From assembly GCA_977030845.1 (NCBI GenBank), contig OZ365112.1, positions 15,686,001-15,750,000 on the forward strand: a stretch of DNA of 64,000 bases, given 5' to 3'. The notes beneath the pieces were generated by a model, which did no database searches, had not been told where the DNA came from, and saw nothing but the letters and a program-made list of their open reading frames with translations. Numbering within the stretch: the first letter of the stretch is position 1; every line of letters begins with the position of its first letter. The DNA comes from Fimbriosthenelais zetlandica. Its lineage: Eukaryota. Below, one piece after another: positions 15,326 to 28,800 of this stretch. The position numbers and the translations under genes are program-made.

Positions 15326-15480
15326 GTAGGATGCTGCGACGGAGCTGGGCCTTCGACGGAGAAAGTAGGATGCTCCGACCCTTCTTGTCTAAAGTTCTAC
15401 ACCAGTTTGTATAGGCTTCATATAGCCCCGGGTATAACAGATAGCATACCATAGCATACCTATCTACCAGATAGGATGCT
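15326..15480. repeat. Cluster of short direct and inverted repeats (TAGGATGCT x3, CGACGGAG x2, ATAGCATACC x2)
   Basis: Exact copies: TAGGATGCT at 15327, 15366, 15472; CGACGGAG at 15337, 15354; ATAGCATACC at 15441, 15451. Confidence 0.8.
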
Positions 15481-18400
15481 CGAGATGTATAAATATACCA
15501 TTATTCTACTTTTTCTGCTGAAAAATGATATGAGTTTTACATCTCATCATTATATAGGTGTCATCTCAACACCAATAGCAGAAACATTAGAAAAAAAATA
15601 AGTAAAAAAACAGTTAATATTGTAAAATGTCAGGACACTCCTCTCTAATTCATACGGCACCCCATGGTATGTCCTTAAAACACGATTTCAAACTTTATTG
15701 TCTCTTAAATTCCCCTCAACTTGCAGTCCTTTCATATATGACACACCCCAGGCCCTTGGATCGAGCGAGATCTTTGTGAAACATTCTAAAGGCCTACATG
15801 TACATTATAACTTTGAAATGAAGCAGGGAAATGGGCAATAAAATTGTCAAATAGAGTTGAGTAACCTTCCCAGATTGGAAAGGGATCCTTGGAATAGTCT
15901 GTAGTATTCTGAAGTGACCCGCAAATCCAAATGCTGAGGGAGAGTTGGGCCGTCGCTACATCAAGGCTTCGGCAAGAATCAGATAACGGCTGCCCGGGCT
16001 TGATTAACTTTGCTGCGGAGCTGTCATTTGCTGCGATACTGTGATCCTGCTGGATGGCTCTTGGGGCCAGACCCAGTCCAGTGGGTTCCAAGTCCCAGGC
16101 CATCGAATATTGGAGGTTATAAATGTCTGATTCTATCAAGCAATACACTCAAATGGAAAAAATTATCTGCCGATGCGGTAAATGATTATTGGTCCTTGAA
16201 ACATTGACGCGGCCCCACAACTTGAAATGAAGGCTTATGAAGGGTTGGGGGAATATGAAAGCGATATGCGGGCTTATCACTAGGACGTGCATGTCCGATT
16301 CTTTGATATCTTTGTCCTTTACCAGAATGCAAATGCAGCAATGAACTGATATCTTATCTCCGTCGCATTTGGCAGTTTGACAGAGATGCTGTTGCTTTGG
16401 AATGCTGATATTTCTTGGAGTGCAACAGTGTTTAGTCATGGATGAAATTCAAATTTAAAATTCAATTGGTTGAACATTTCAATGATGTCTGATTGATTAT
16501 ACCTTTAAGAATGATGTTAAGGAACCTCTATAATATAAATACTGGGTCACTTAGAAAGCTATAGCATATAAAGGAAGTGAATTCAAATATATGCCAACAG
16601 TCTCTATTTGGACAAATGTCCACATGTCTGGTACGAGATGTCATAAAGGATGGTGTATCTAGACTATTGAAAGCCAGCCTATATATTTTGACTCACTTTC
16701 CGACTATTCTATTACCTATATATTAAAAGCACTGAGTCATAATTAGACGTATAACTGAATCATTTATATCACCGTATATCATTATGATTGAGATTGACAA
16801 GACTTCAGACATTGGGAATTAGACAATCTATAGTCGACCACACCTCACTATAGACTATAGACAAGTCTTATCATTCACTTCATCTCTTGGTGAGGCGAGC
16901 AAGGGTCGGGTTTAAGCAGATCTTTATGATCTAATTATAGAGTTGAGAAGATTTTTTGATTGGACCCAGGCAGGTGATAGATCTGGTTAAGCCTACCTGA
17001 GGTATACCTCTTATACGAGGATACCCGAGGTCCCACCATGCCAGACCATAGAGAAGGTCAGGGTCTATAGAAAACAGATGGAAACCTGTCTTCCTTCATT
17101 CCTATCTCCTCAGAATTAGCCCTGATTTTTCTAGGTGAGGAAGCTTGTCTATTTTCCCTAATCAAATCTGTATTTTTGTACAACAGCACTTCACAAGTAG
17201 GTGCATTATAGTGTGGGTTTCCCTTCAGATGTCGTATTACTTGAAGCTACTCTGGCAGATTTCTTTAGGGGTATCAGGGACATGACGGCGGGGAAGTGTG
17301 AACCTACACCCTATTATATGCCTGTTAAATTGACACCCTTGTTAACCATTTATCCATCCAAAATAGAAAGATCAACATTAACTTGGTATTTGCCGCACTT
17401 CTAGCCCTTAACCTGAAAAATAATTCACATGATGGTTCTAATTCCTTGTCATATGACTTTCAGGATGTGATGCTCATTGCCATTCAACTCCTGTGCTACA
17501 TGCACTTACAAAAGCCTCCTGTACCTTGCTAATGGTTTTGAACCTTTTACCTTTAGTCACCTTACTTACAATAATATCTCCCCCTTTGATAAGCCCTCAG
17601 CTATATCTAAGAGAGCATAGGAGCATGTTCATGTTGTTATTCCGAGCTTGACATAGGATACACTCGACAGAACAAGCACAGCATTCTTGCCAGTCAATCT
17701 CTGCTGTCAGTGAATGGACAGGCTGGAAAGGAACGAGTGACAGGTCTGGCTTTAACCTGATAGAGTCTGGTGGACGAAAGATGACCTCTGACCCCTCAGG
17801 CGAGAGAGGTGCCTCATCATGAGCGCTTCTGTAAATCAGTCCGAGTATACCAGAGGGCCTTCTATCTTGTGTGGGGGTTGTTTCCTGCCCTGACCACAGA
17901 TGATAAATTGTTCTTCTATGACCTCAACTTGTATTCTTATGGATATTGAAATTTTCCAGGTGACTTTGTATCTCACCTGAAGTAAGGTCTAAGAACTGAT
18001 TCTGTGTTCAGGATTCTGACCGTGGTTCAGGATATGAGAATGAGTCATGAGTTCAGATGCCTGTACTTTATCGACTTACAAGGAATAAATAATCCTATCT
18101 TGTTAAAATTGTGTTATTTGATCAATTGCAGTTTACATACGATCTATATAAATTGTCTTGCATTGTCCAACATCCCATTAGAGCACCCCAGATTCTCAAG
18201 TGGGGTGCTCCCATGTCTGTATAGATATGTTCAATGTCACCCCACCCTTCAAATCAGGAAATGTCCTGACAGGATCCAGGGCTAGACCTAGATATCTGTT
18301 TCTACCAATTTGACATGGAGCTTTCATTTACTAAACCATATTTAGTGGTTGTCTCAGGCAGATTAGGCTACTTTAACGGCCATAACAGGGACAGGTCTTC

Positions 18401-20279
18401 ATTCCATCACAGAATTAACAAAGTCCTTCTATCGACTTTTGTAGAGGATTCTCTTGAGCCAAATGTATACAATTCATGAATACAGCCCTGCATGTGTTAT
18501 ATTATAACGGACAGGCAAAAGGTACATACAGCTTATGCAGAATAAAAAGTTTAGAGCATAAAAAATTACATTGCACAAAGCTGCATCTATAAATCAGAGT
18601 GCTGCGTTTGATGCTGTTTTGGTGAAGTGGCCTTGTTACCCCCGTGGATGGGTCGGGTTACCTTCTCTCTACCTGTACTTTGTATTGCCCCCTGCCCGTT
18701 GAATTATCCTCTCTGTATTCTGGAAAGCCCACTAGATTCCTCCCTCGGGCCATTGCTCTTGTTTGGTCGGATGTCCAAAACCAAGCCGCCGGGGCTTGCA
18801 GTTAACGACTCCCCAAGCTAGGACATACAAACAAATGGAAACAGATCAACAAGGGCTCAGAGGATGGGTGTAAGGTCATTGTTTAGATTGTACTAGAGTT
18901 TAATATTTATCTAGGTGACTTGGGAATGTGACGTAAGAACAGATAGGTCATTTCTGACATTGTTGGCAAGGGATAGCTATGTTCCTCTCCTTGGGTATTT
19001 ATGACAGTTATGAGGCCACTTTTGTTATTCTTTGAAGCCAATTCTGTTGGATTCCCATGGTTACAGACTTTCTATATTGCACGTCAAAATCTTGATATGT
19101 ATTGCCAATATTGGTGGCATCCCACATGAGAATTTTTCTCCAACCTTTATTCCCACATATCTCAGCTGAAAGGAGAACTGCATACACCACAAACATATTA
19201 TATACTATTTCCACAGAGATCTAAATACCCTTATATTTATATATCTTGATTTTCCACTCCCTTTTTTGTTACAAATATGGCACAGTTTATTAGCTTTATG
19301 TCACATATAAGCAACGATTGATGGTGTGATTCGAGTCGACCATAACTATGGGCCTCGGTAAATTGCTGGTAAATTGTGTGATTATCAGTGTTTTTTTCCT
19401 TGGCACAAGTCATCTGAATAATGAGACGGATACATCCCCGTGGTAATGTGATGTCATATAGTTGTAAAGAGCTGGCATGAACTCTATTTACACATGGCTA
19501 GGAAATATGTATGTATCTATACATGGACTGTAAATAGTCTGCTTTTTGGAGATCCACAGAAAAATAGACCATCATTTCACGTAACTATACCATACTGTTC
19601 ATGTCAAATTCCATACTTGTCTTCACGCAGGTTTGGTCCCACCAACTCCTTCTCAAAACATGTTTTTATCCCAAAAGATAATTGCCTGGCTATTGAGCTG
19701 TGTGATTTTAGGCATGTAACGACCAAAGTGCCTGTGGGGGTATTCGTCCCCAACCACCTCATGCCCCTATGGGTGGGACACCCTCCAGTGCTATGGAAGT
19801 CTAGGGAGGTGGACTAGCAAGCCATCGCCATATGTTTCTTGTCTTGGATCTGTCCTCTGACTGCTTGGAGTTTACACAGTGCTGACATGCCTGAGTCCCA
19901 TTTTCCCTCTGGGATTGGGATGATGCAGTGAGCCGAGTCCTCGGGCCCTGAGGGACTCCAGACTCGGAGACCCTTGCCTCGCAACAAGGGGTCCCACTTG
20001 TGCCATTATGACGATCCCAGCCATGACCTCTCTTCTAACTTAGAATAAACCCCATAGAGGAAGTGACTTCTTTTGCACTTGTTTTTTCAATGATTACCCT
20101 TTCATAGTGCTTATAAATAATATTTTTCCGTACTCTCTCACCATTCTTTCCAAAGCTCTCTGTCCCATTGCCTACACTTCCAAAGGACCTCCTATAGCCT
20201 TGCCATGAGCTGCTCTCTCCACCGCCTTAAAAAGTTGTCTAAATAGCTCCATGTGAAACAGACATCTCAGCCAAGCATA

Positions 20280-20298
20280 CCCCCCCCCCCCCCGCCCC
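20280..20298. repeat. Poly-C tract (C14-G-C4)
   Basis: Directly visible homopolymer. Confidence 0.9.
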
Positions 20299-20910
20299 AG
20301 CATCAAACTACCAGCAGGCATTGCTGGCGGCCCTCTGTCAATCTAGCCACATTGTCCTGACTGATTGGCTATGATGGCATAATTATAGCCCTCCACTATG
20401 GATCTTATACTTATGCAACTGTTATGTCCTATTTTACTGCTTACAGCAAAGCCTTCCCCTCTATGACCTCCATATATACTCACTGATTCAAGCACCCACG
20501 GCTTCTCAATACCATTCTTGATGAAGATGAGGAAGCCATCCATAAGCTGCCAAATCCTCATGGACTTCCAGCAATGATACATATTGTGTAGGGAGGAATT
20601 TGTGCCATTTCAACTTCTTTGCCCAGCACGCAACTGCAATTAGGACCAACTGCGAACGTGATACTTAGAGAAAATCGAATGGGAATACCAAGAAAAGGAG
20701 CAATTTATTTCCCTCTTCCGCCACTAGGTTTGGTCCCCACAATGGCTTCACGATTGATTCTTGTATTTGTGTAAACTTGGTATCACTGAATCCCAGAAGC
20801 CATGTCTGTTCTTAGGGAACTCTCCTATGCATTCACTTTGAATCAGAGAGCACTATAACTCGAGTTGATGCTTTCTTACGGCCGAAACATTGAAGAGAGA
20901 AGTGCTATAC

Positions 20911-20961
20911 TTGGTCTGAAATAATTGCCTCTGCCTCTTTGGTCTGTAATAATTGCCTCTG
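20911..20961. repeat. Tandem duplication: 23-nt unit, 28-nt period, one mismatch
   Basis: TTGGTCTGAAATAATTGCCTCTG (20911) and TTGGTCTGTAATAATTGCCTCTG (20939). Confidence 0.85.
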
Positions 20962-23900
20962 TGATTGGCATCGGAAACTTGAATTACTTAAATTATATCA
21001 CTAGGGATATCTCCGCCACATCATTATTATCTCTGGTATTGAGGTATTTAATGAGTGCTCCGTAGGTAGACTATACTATAGACTATATATCGATCATTAC
21101 ATATTCTGATATAGGTGACAATGAGTATACGTTTCAAAAGCTTTGGAGGATCTGGTAATTAATCAAATTAGCTCATAACAGGATTATATTTTCTGTTTAA
21201 CCCAACCTCTGACAGCTGACTTTTGATTACGTTGTATTTCATCTTGGATCAATGGATTATAACTTTATTTACTTGTCTGTTGACTTTCCTCATGTTTTGT
21301 CCCTGAAGTCAAATTATGTTGCATGGTCTCTGGTCGTATTTTTATCATTGAAGATGACAAAATAGTGGGGAAGTAATAAATCAATTTAACCTGTATGTGA
21401 GTTACAGAAAAATATAGAGCAGTCCTCTTTCCCATTCATAAGAGTCAGCCTTAAAATGGAGTCAGATAGCAGAGCAAAAACCCAATTACACAGTAAATAC
21501 AAACTCTTTGGGACACGGAGCAGAATGCTTTAACGCCTGACTTCCTCCAATGCTTTATATTGGAAAGGTCCACCGGAGAGCCCCACTCATAGAGAGCGTT
21601 CCGGGCAGAGCTGGTATACATTACATTGACATCAATGGCCACGGAATAGGCAGGATATTAAAGCTGGCCTGGCGACGTGGCAGAGAGGGTAGAATCGGAG
21701 ATAACAGTGGCTTCTCACTGAAGCCAATTCTGACAGTCTCATTTCTTTAGGGAAGAGCCGGGCGGATACCAGTCATAAAGCCCCCATGATCAGAAAGGAG
21801 GCGAGCCAATTAACTAATCAAGGCATTGTTGTCTCCTACCGACAAGTGCCCACACCATTCATGTTGGCAGCAAGCAGTGGCTAAGGGTGGGGGAAGGATA
21901 CAGGCTCCAGGAGTCCTAACTACATTTACTGTCTTGGGCGGATGAAGTAATATGTACTGAGATGGCTCATTTGTGAAGTGAGTCAGTTAAATAAAAGCAT
22001 AATGTCCCCTTACCTGTTTTAAAAGAATAACTTTGGGAAAAGTGTCGGTATACCTCTCTCTATTTCCTTTCCAGCCAACTCCCGCATTAATGTACTTCAG
22101 GATATGTGAAAGTTCTTGGGGAAATGATGAAGCTTATTATATGACACAGATACAATTCATGAGGATTGTAAAATCCTACACTAGATATATATATAGGGAG
22201 ATATATTGCCCTTGCCAATGTCATACGTATACCACACATCCCCATGGGAATGCATGGCAGTGGTTAATGGCCTCTGTCGAGAGAAGGAATGCACTCTGGA
22301 GGGTGGAGTGCATGAAGATAGGGGTGGCATCTGAGGGGGCAGAGGTGGCAGGGCTGGACCCCCGTACTATCATCTCTATAAATCACCCTAACCCCCTCAT
22401 GGCAGCCCTCTTCTATTGCTTTGTCTTGTCCAGCATTGATCTCTGCCTATTTTCCTCCCTGTCCCATTCTGGCTTGTCTGACCTGGCTGAAGCCTACGGT
22501 GCCCTTTCCTGCTCCAATCCAATAATATTGCGAACATATATTTACAAATATCACTAGGCTAACACCTTGTATCCCCCATCACATTTGCGTATAAGCTGTA
22601 ATCCTTTAATGTGCATATATATGTATACATTTGTTTGTCCTAATGCATTTATGTAGTAAGGAATTAGCGATATATTGGAAATACAACTTGCATTGCAAGG
22701 CCATTATTCTGCCGTATATTGTTTACAAATTCTTTCATGCCCTCTAATTTCCCTAATTTACTTTTACGATCTATAAATGCCTATAGAGGGGAATTGCGTT
22801 ACTTTAATGTCTAATACAATGAGGAAGTTAATGCCCTGTTTGGAAGCACTTGGCCCAACCATCCATGGATATCTTAAGACATAGATACAAATCAGATTCT
22901 CGGGCTGATCTTTTAGCCAAGTGTCTGCTATAGTAGTTGGCTGAAGGCCACTCCGGGCCTGATGGGATTTGTATGGATCTACAGACCATTGTGGCTCCCA
23001 CTTCTACATTACTTTGCATGGTGTAGTAAGTCTATCTTAACACCATCGTGTTGATGCAAACTGGTATAGAAGAGGCAAATAGATGAACAGCAATGAGGAA
23101 TAACTGGTATCATCATTAGTAAGGGTTGTGCTAATGTTTCTACCATTGACTGGAATGGGGTCTGGGACCTCCGTAAACTACTACACCTGCTAAGACCATT
23201 TTTACCTGACATTAGCGGTCGTCAAGGCCCCAATCGGTATTTCCTATGTTAGCTAGGTTCATTTCAGGGTTAAATTCTTTTGATTCCGAGAGGAAATGAT
23301 CTACATAGTTAGCCTTAGCATTTTGATATTGGCTTAACTTCAGATATACATGGTTTAGATGCTCATAACTTTGCTGTACCAACTACTTGTCCGAATTTCG
23401 TGTCCCCTAATATATATATAAAAAAAATAATGCCACTAAATATTAGCTAGACAAATTATTGTACAATACTAAAATATATCAGTTTATATTGGCAAGAAAC
23501 CTATGGTTGACCAAGGTATGACCTTCTAGTTTTGAGGTTCTATGGTGCCAATGGAATTTATTGTCGTGGATGTTTGCACACCTATTTGAAAACGATTAGT
23601 AGATAAGAAATATGTGAGCCTGCGATAGAGTATAGATCTATATGTATCATAATACAGCTAGCAAGTCTTCTCCATAGCATAACTAAGTTCAACATAATCA
23701 AAGGCCTTTCGATATTCCATAATTATATGCACTGGTGAATGGTTCATCTACTCAACTAATTTTAGCAATTTACAGGGGCAGATTGAGATGGACATTCATT
23801 CTATATGGCCATGCTAAAGTCCCTCTTACATATATATGCACATATATAACAATATCTGCCATGTCAAGCTCTTTTTCCGTGCGAGGAAAATGGGCTTTTT

Positions 23901-25818
23901 TCGATATAGACAATAGCTACCCACCGACCTCCCATAATCTTCCCCTGCTTTTGCTATCTGCTGGGTCAGAATAGAGTGGCTGGGGAGATAAAGCCTTGAT
24001 CCAGTTGAGGATTTGCCTTATCTATACTGTGTTTAGGGGGATCAGGCAGATAGTTTTGTTGCCCGGTGATGGGATGACTCAAGCCCGCAGGCGGAGCGCT
24101 TGGGATCACCAAGAAGATATCCCTTTAATGGCTATAGACCACAGGAAAAAAGACAATAGACTGGCATTTATACTGCAGTTTTTTTCTTCTCGTGTATTTC
24201 CAAAGTGTTTGCGATATATCCCGGAAACGGGATACTAGAGCAAATGGAATTTTGACCGATTCTTTTTTATGCACTTCCAATAGCTGCCTTCTATTAGTTC
24301 TATCCGGGAAATGATTGGACTTGCTTTAGACCTGAAGGACAGTTCGATTATAAAATGTACACATAGAGAGGGGTCTGACTTCCAGTAATTGTCTTGCTCT
24401 TCAGCATGATTGTACCGAATCATATTGATGACGACTGACAGTTTTACCCGCTAAAAATAATCTACTTATCTTATGAGCATTTGAAGAAAATGCACAAAAT
24501 ATTGAGGACTGTACAATCCATTATCATAACCACAACATCCCCACTGTTATTAATGCATGATGCCTCGTGGAGAGTCCACATGCCTATTTAATGAGTGAGC
24601 AGTCCATCCATCCACTCATCCAGCCAGGCATGCCTGTTGCAGCATGCAGAAGGAATGGCAAATGCAAGTGTCACAAGGATTAGAGTATGACCATAAACAA
24701 GACGTGAATGTCACAGACTCATATGTCTGAATCATATTTCTATGATCTCATCCCTAAACATGCGAATGCAAATGTCGCCGTTAGCATATGGATGGTTTTT
24801 ATATCTTCCAATAAGCCGTTTTGCTGACCCATGAGTCGGTATATATTGATAGAGATCGCGCGATATTTTTCAGTCCCCATGTAATGTAATGTGACCATAC
24901 AGCACTAAATAATCCATGACATGGATGGTATTTATTCATGCATGTACCATGGCTGCGCATCATTGCTGTTCAAACTTGCACTCGTTGTCCCTCATTATAT
25001 ATTGTTGCATTGCTGCACTTACTTGATTGATTTTACAAATTCATTTATTATTCAACTCTGTCTGTTCACAGAAAGGTTGGCCCTGTTAAGTTTTCATTTT
25101 ATTTCAATCAGCTGTATTGGAGTAAGTGAACCGTGGTCTTTCTCTTGTTCTCTGTCTTAAAGGATCCCCGTGTGTTTGTGTCTTGTCACGCAGCATCAGG
25201 CTAGATGAAAACCACGCATTGACTAGAGTTGGCTGGAGTTGGACTGTATTAGGCAATACCTGTATAAAACTGTCTTATACCCCAGTCATTGTGTAGATTC
25301 CAATGGCTTCTCTATTCTAAGTAGTATATGGAAAGTCAGGTTTTATTCAGGCATGTATCCACGAATTCTTGGAAGCAATGTTTAACGATGGTAATAACAA
25401 TACCATAACGACAAAAAAGTATATGCATGTAGAACCTGAAAGGCCCCATAAACACATTATATAATGGCATGTATATGATCTACTTTGCCTGGTTTATGAG
25501 TTTCTCTGGTACATTATTGCCCGGTGACATTTGACTGTTATGTGACATTATTATTGTTACATTATTGGAGTCAGACACAGAAGAGATCAATGATAATATG
25601 GTCTGCAGGGTTGTGCTCTTTTATGTCTACATGCTGACCTTTTACTCGTGCCCTGGTCTGGGTCCTATCACCCTGTCATATCACTTACTCTAATGCAGAT
25701 GCTCCTGCCCTCACACCCTCATCGCACTTAACTTAGGCTGTAGGCATTTAGTATGCATAAAAGAAATGGCTTCTTAGAAGTGCTACTCTTTGTTTGCAAA
25801 GGATGTGGGAAAGAAAAT

Positions 25819-25852
25819 GGGGGCATTGATGGGGTAGATGGGGTGGTGGGGG
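25819..25852 (+). other. Potential four-tetrad G-quadruplex
   Basis: GGGGG-cattgat-GGGG-tagat-GGGG-tggt-GGGGG. Confidence 0.6.
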
Positions 25853-28800
25853 TACCATTGTAATTGTCTTAGACAAGTACGTGTTGTGCCTGAATCGGTG
25901 ACCGTGAATTTTCCTCCATCATCTTCAGACGATTCACCCCCTCCCTCTTCCCCCCAATCGCTGTCCCAAAGCCACGCCACACAATCATGCTGCACGCTTG
26001 AAGCTGGCTGATTAATACTGGTTATTAGTGTGGTCTTCACTTGAAGTAGAGATCATTTTTTCTACTGAATATTTAAATATTTTCCTCGTGGATTTTACTG
26101 TTGCAAAAATGTCCTTTCGACAGAATTACTACGATAACGTAAAACGAACTGATTTTACCCTACTTTGCAGAAATGCAAATAGTATTGCTTCTCTAGGCAT
26201 ACTTTCTGACCTTTCCCATTGAGGGGACTGGCTTCATGGTGTTGTGGCTTCCATCACGCTCGGCCCCACCTCCTCTATCATTTGACTCAGATATGAAAGT
26301 GGGTAAAGGCTGGTGGGGGTAGGACTGGGTTGGTGGGGGGAGCTTGGATCCCCTCCATGCATGGCGGTGGTGAGTCATCACCCCTCCCAGTTACAAGTTG
26401 CCATGTCTGGGATGGCTCCAAATGGGACCAAGAGCAACAAATTGTGATGGAATTCATGGATGGCTTCTTGGAGTTTGTACCCATCTATCCAAATGTTTGT
26501 CTCTCCTTTCCATTGAAAGAAACATGACAGCATTGGAAAGGCCAGCGAGTTGCCTCGTATGTGCCTGCCATTACTAATAGAAGAATACCAGGCACAGACA
26601 TGAATTCAAACTTCTTTCCTTGTATTAAGTGAGAGCTTTGGTCGATGTTGTTTTTGGAACAGTCGTGAAAAAAATGTACTTATTGGACTTCGATATTGTC
26701 GAATAGAAGTCATGGTAACTGAGCTGTATCATTGCTTCAGTAAATTCGCAATTACCAAGGTCGGAATAATTCATCATTCAGTCCCCTGCAATTGGATTCA
26801 GAATGGGAGTTGTTATTTGCTGTGATTGCTTTGTCCCTCGTTTTTGTACTCCTCTGCTTTGTGTTAAAACAATGACAGTATCATTTACAGAACTTGCAAG
26901 TGTCCTAGAATTAAGTGTGAGTGGGTGAGAAAGAAAAGGGCAGTTACACGACTGGGCAATTGGGGTCTAAGCCAATTGGATTGTCTCTGGGACATTTTGA
27001 AGTTGACTCTCGGGCATTTGGATTGCCTGATCGAGGCATTGCTTGAGTGACGCTTGCTTATATGGCTCTCCGCGGCCCCTTAATTGAACTGACTAGAGTC
27101 ACATTTCTTTTATGATCTGGATCTTCTGATGAAGATAATGAATTGAAGGCAGCTGAGGCAAGAGATAGATACACTTCACATTCACTCGTTCTTTTCTTTT
27201 TGTCAATTAAGCAATCAGTTATCTTTCTGGTGTTTAAAATGCATTTTTTTGAGTATCATGCAAAACAGATCATACCAGTCAAAAACTGGTTATTGGAAAT
27301 CGATCTTGATTTGGACGTCTTCTGGGAAGACCGTAACCCAGAGTCTCAGAAAGCAGAAAGAGGGCTGCACAATGAGCCTTTGAATTAATTGTTTGAATCT
27401 GTTGTTGCGATCTAAAGATAATTAACTGTCAGTCCCAATTTGCATATCAGTTAATATGAAGATATTGGGTCAATGAATTTATTAATACACATCCATGGTA
27501 AAAAGCAATAGCACATTTTAAGTTGAATAGAATCTTATTTACGCTATCCTGGATCTACGACTGTTATATTATGTAAACGTATGTTTTTATTTTTGGGACC
27601 TCCAGGGGAGTAGTGTATAGGATTTATAGCTACTTGCAATTGAATACTTTTTTCCGAAATATCAATCATGATCTGTCCCTTCTCGGTATTCAGAGAGATA
27701 AAACTCACTGAAACCTTGGAGAGGTATATCTTACCTCGTAGCACCTTCTAACCCGGGGTTCAATACATACAACCTTGTGTGAAGAAAAAGTCAAATACAT
27801 CCCCATCACTCTGCACTTACCCCCAGTAGAAGGCTAATCTTTTCTATCTGTCGCTCAGAGTGAAGACACGAGGCAAACCTCCATACCACATCTCCAATCA
27901 TGAACTTGTTTTTGCTCTTATTATTTTTATACGGGGAACATTCCTAACACAAAACCAAACATATGTGAATCTGGAATTACAAATGAGAGAAAGCACTTGT
28001 CTATGCTGCTTTTATTCTCCAATAGGGGCCTACATTCTGTAAAGGAAAGTTGTATGAATCAACGCAATTACTATTGATTTGTCAGTTTCCCAATCACAAG
28101 GGTTCTCTGGAACCTAAAAATCAGTGAAATAGTTGGGGCCACCTAATGCCAACTTTAGTGCCCACTTTTGTTAAGAGGAGTTCCCTTGTATTGACTGATC
28201 TTGACTTGGGCAGGGGCTGGGAGTTTAGCATGTCCAGATAGAATAGTAGGGTCAACTGGAGGAATCTAGGTCAGAGACCCAGACTGGAAGAAGAGCAGCT
28301 GGTTCCTTCCCCCTTCTCCAGAGAACCGCTCTGAGAATCCCCCAAACTTCCATTCAAGTCACTGAAGGAGTTGCTCGTTCTCTCTCTCTGCTCTTACGGA
28401 ACATGGTATTGATTTAAGACTAGGATCAAAGCTCAAAGTGCCAACAAGGGGCTTGGTGGATATTTAACATTTGCCATGTAACTCGCTATAATATGTTATG
28501 CTTTGCGGTGCTAGTTGATTGCTTTAAGGTGCAGCCGTTTGTTTTTCACCCCAGGAATCACAACTTCTGACCATGGACATAAATCCTGGGATTGGGGTGT
28601 GAGGTATCTAGGAGTGTAAAACTATCTTCTAGCACCACAAACACTCCTCCATCCTGTCTGTTAATGCTTTCACCGAGTCAGGGAGGAGGTCTCTAGCTTG
28701 AGAAATGAAACCTGGAGTTGCTTTGATGATTTGGCATTCATATTTCATTATCATACCCCGCATTCCCATGTCTCATTGAGGCATTCTCGTTATTTGTATC

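Noticed and set aside
16055-16105. tRNA/SINE-like boxes (TGGCTCTTGG ... GGGTTCCAAGTCCC); a similar B-box look-alike at 27752
   Set aside because: Box spacing is too short, the T-loop is the wrong length and there is no cloverleaf.
20865-20895. GGCCGAAAC resembling a hammerhead core
   Set aside because: The upstream core reads TTGATGC, stem II does not pair and there is no closing GUH.
24626-24649. p53-like half-site AGGCATGCCT (other perfect decamers at 1621, 17621, 29599, 48603)
   Set aside because: Tempting because vertebrate UNC5B is a p53 target, but these are isolated half-sites with poor or absent partner decamers, as expected by chance.
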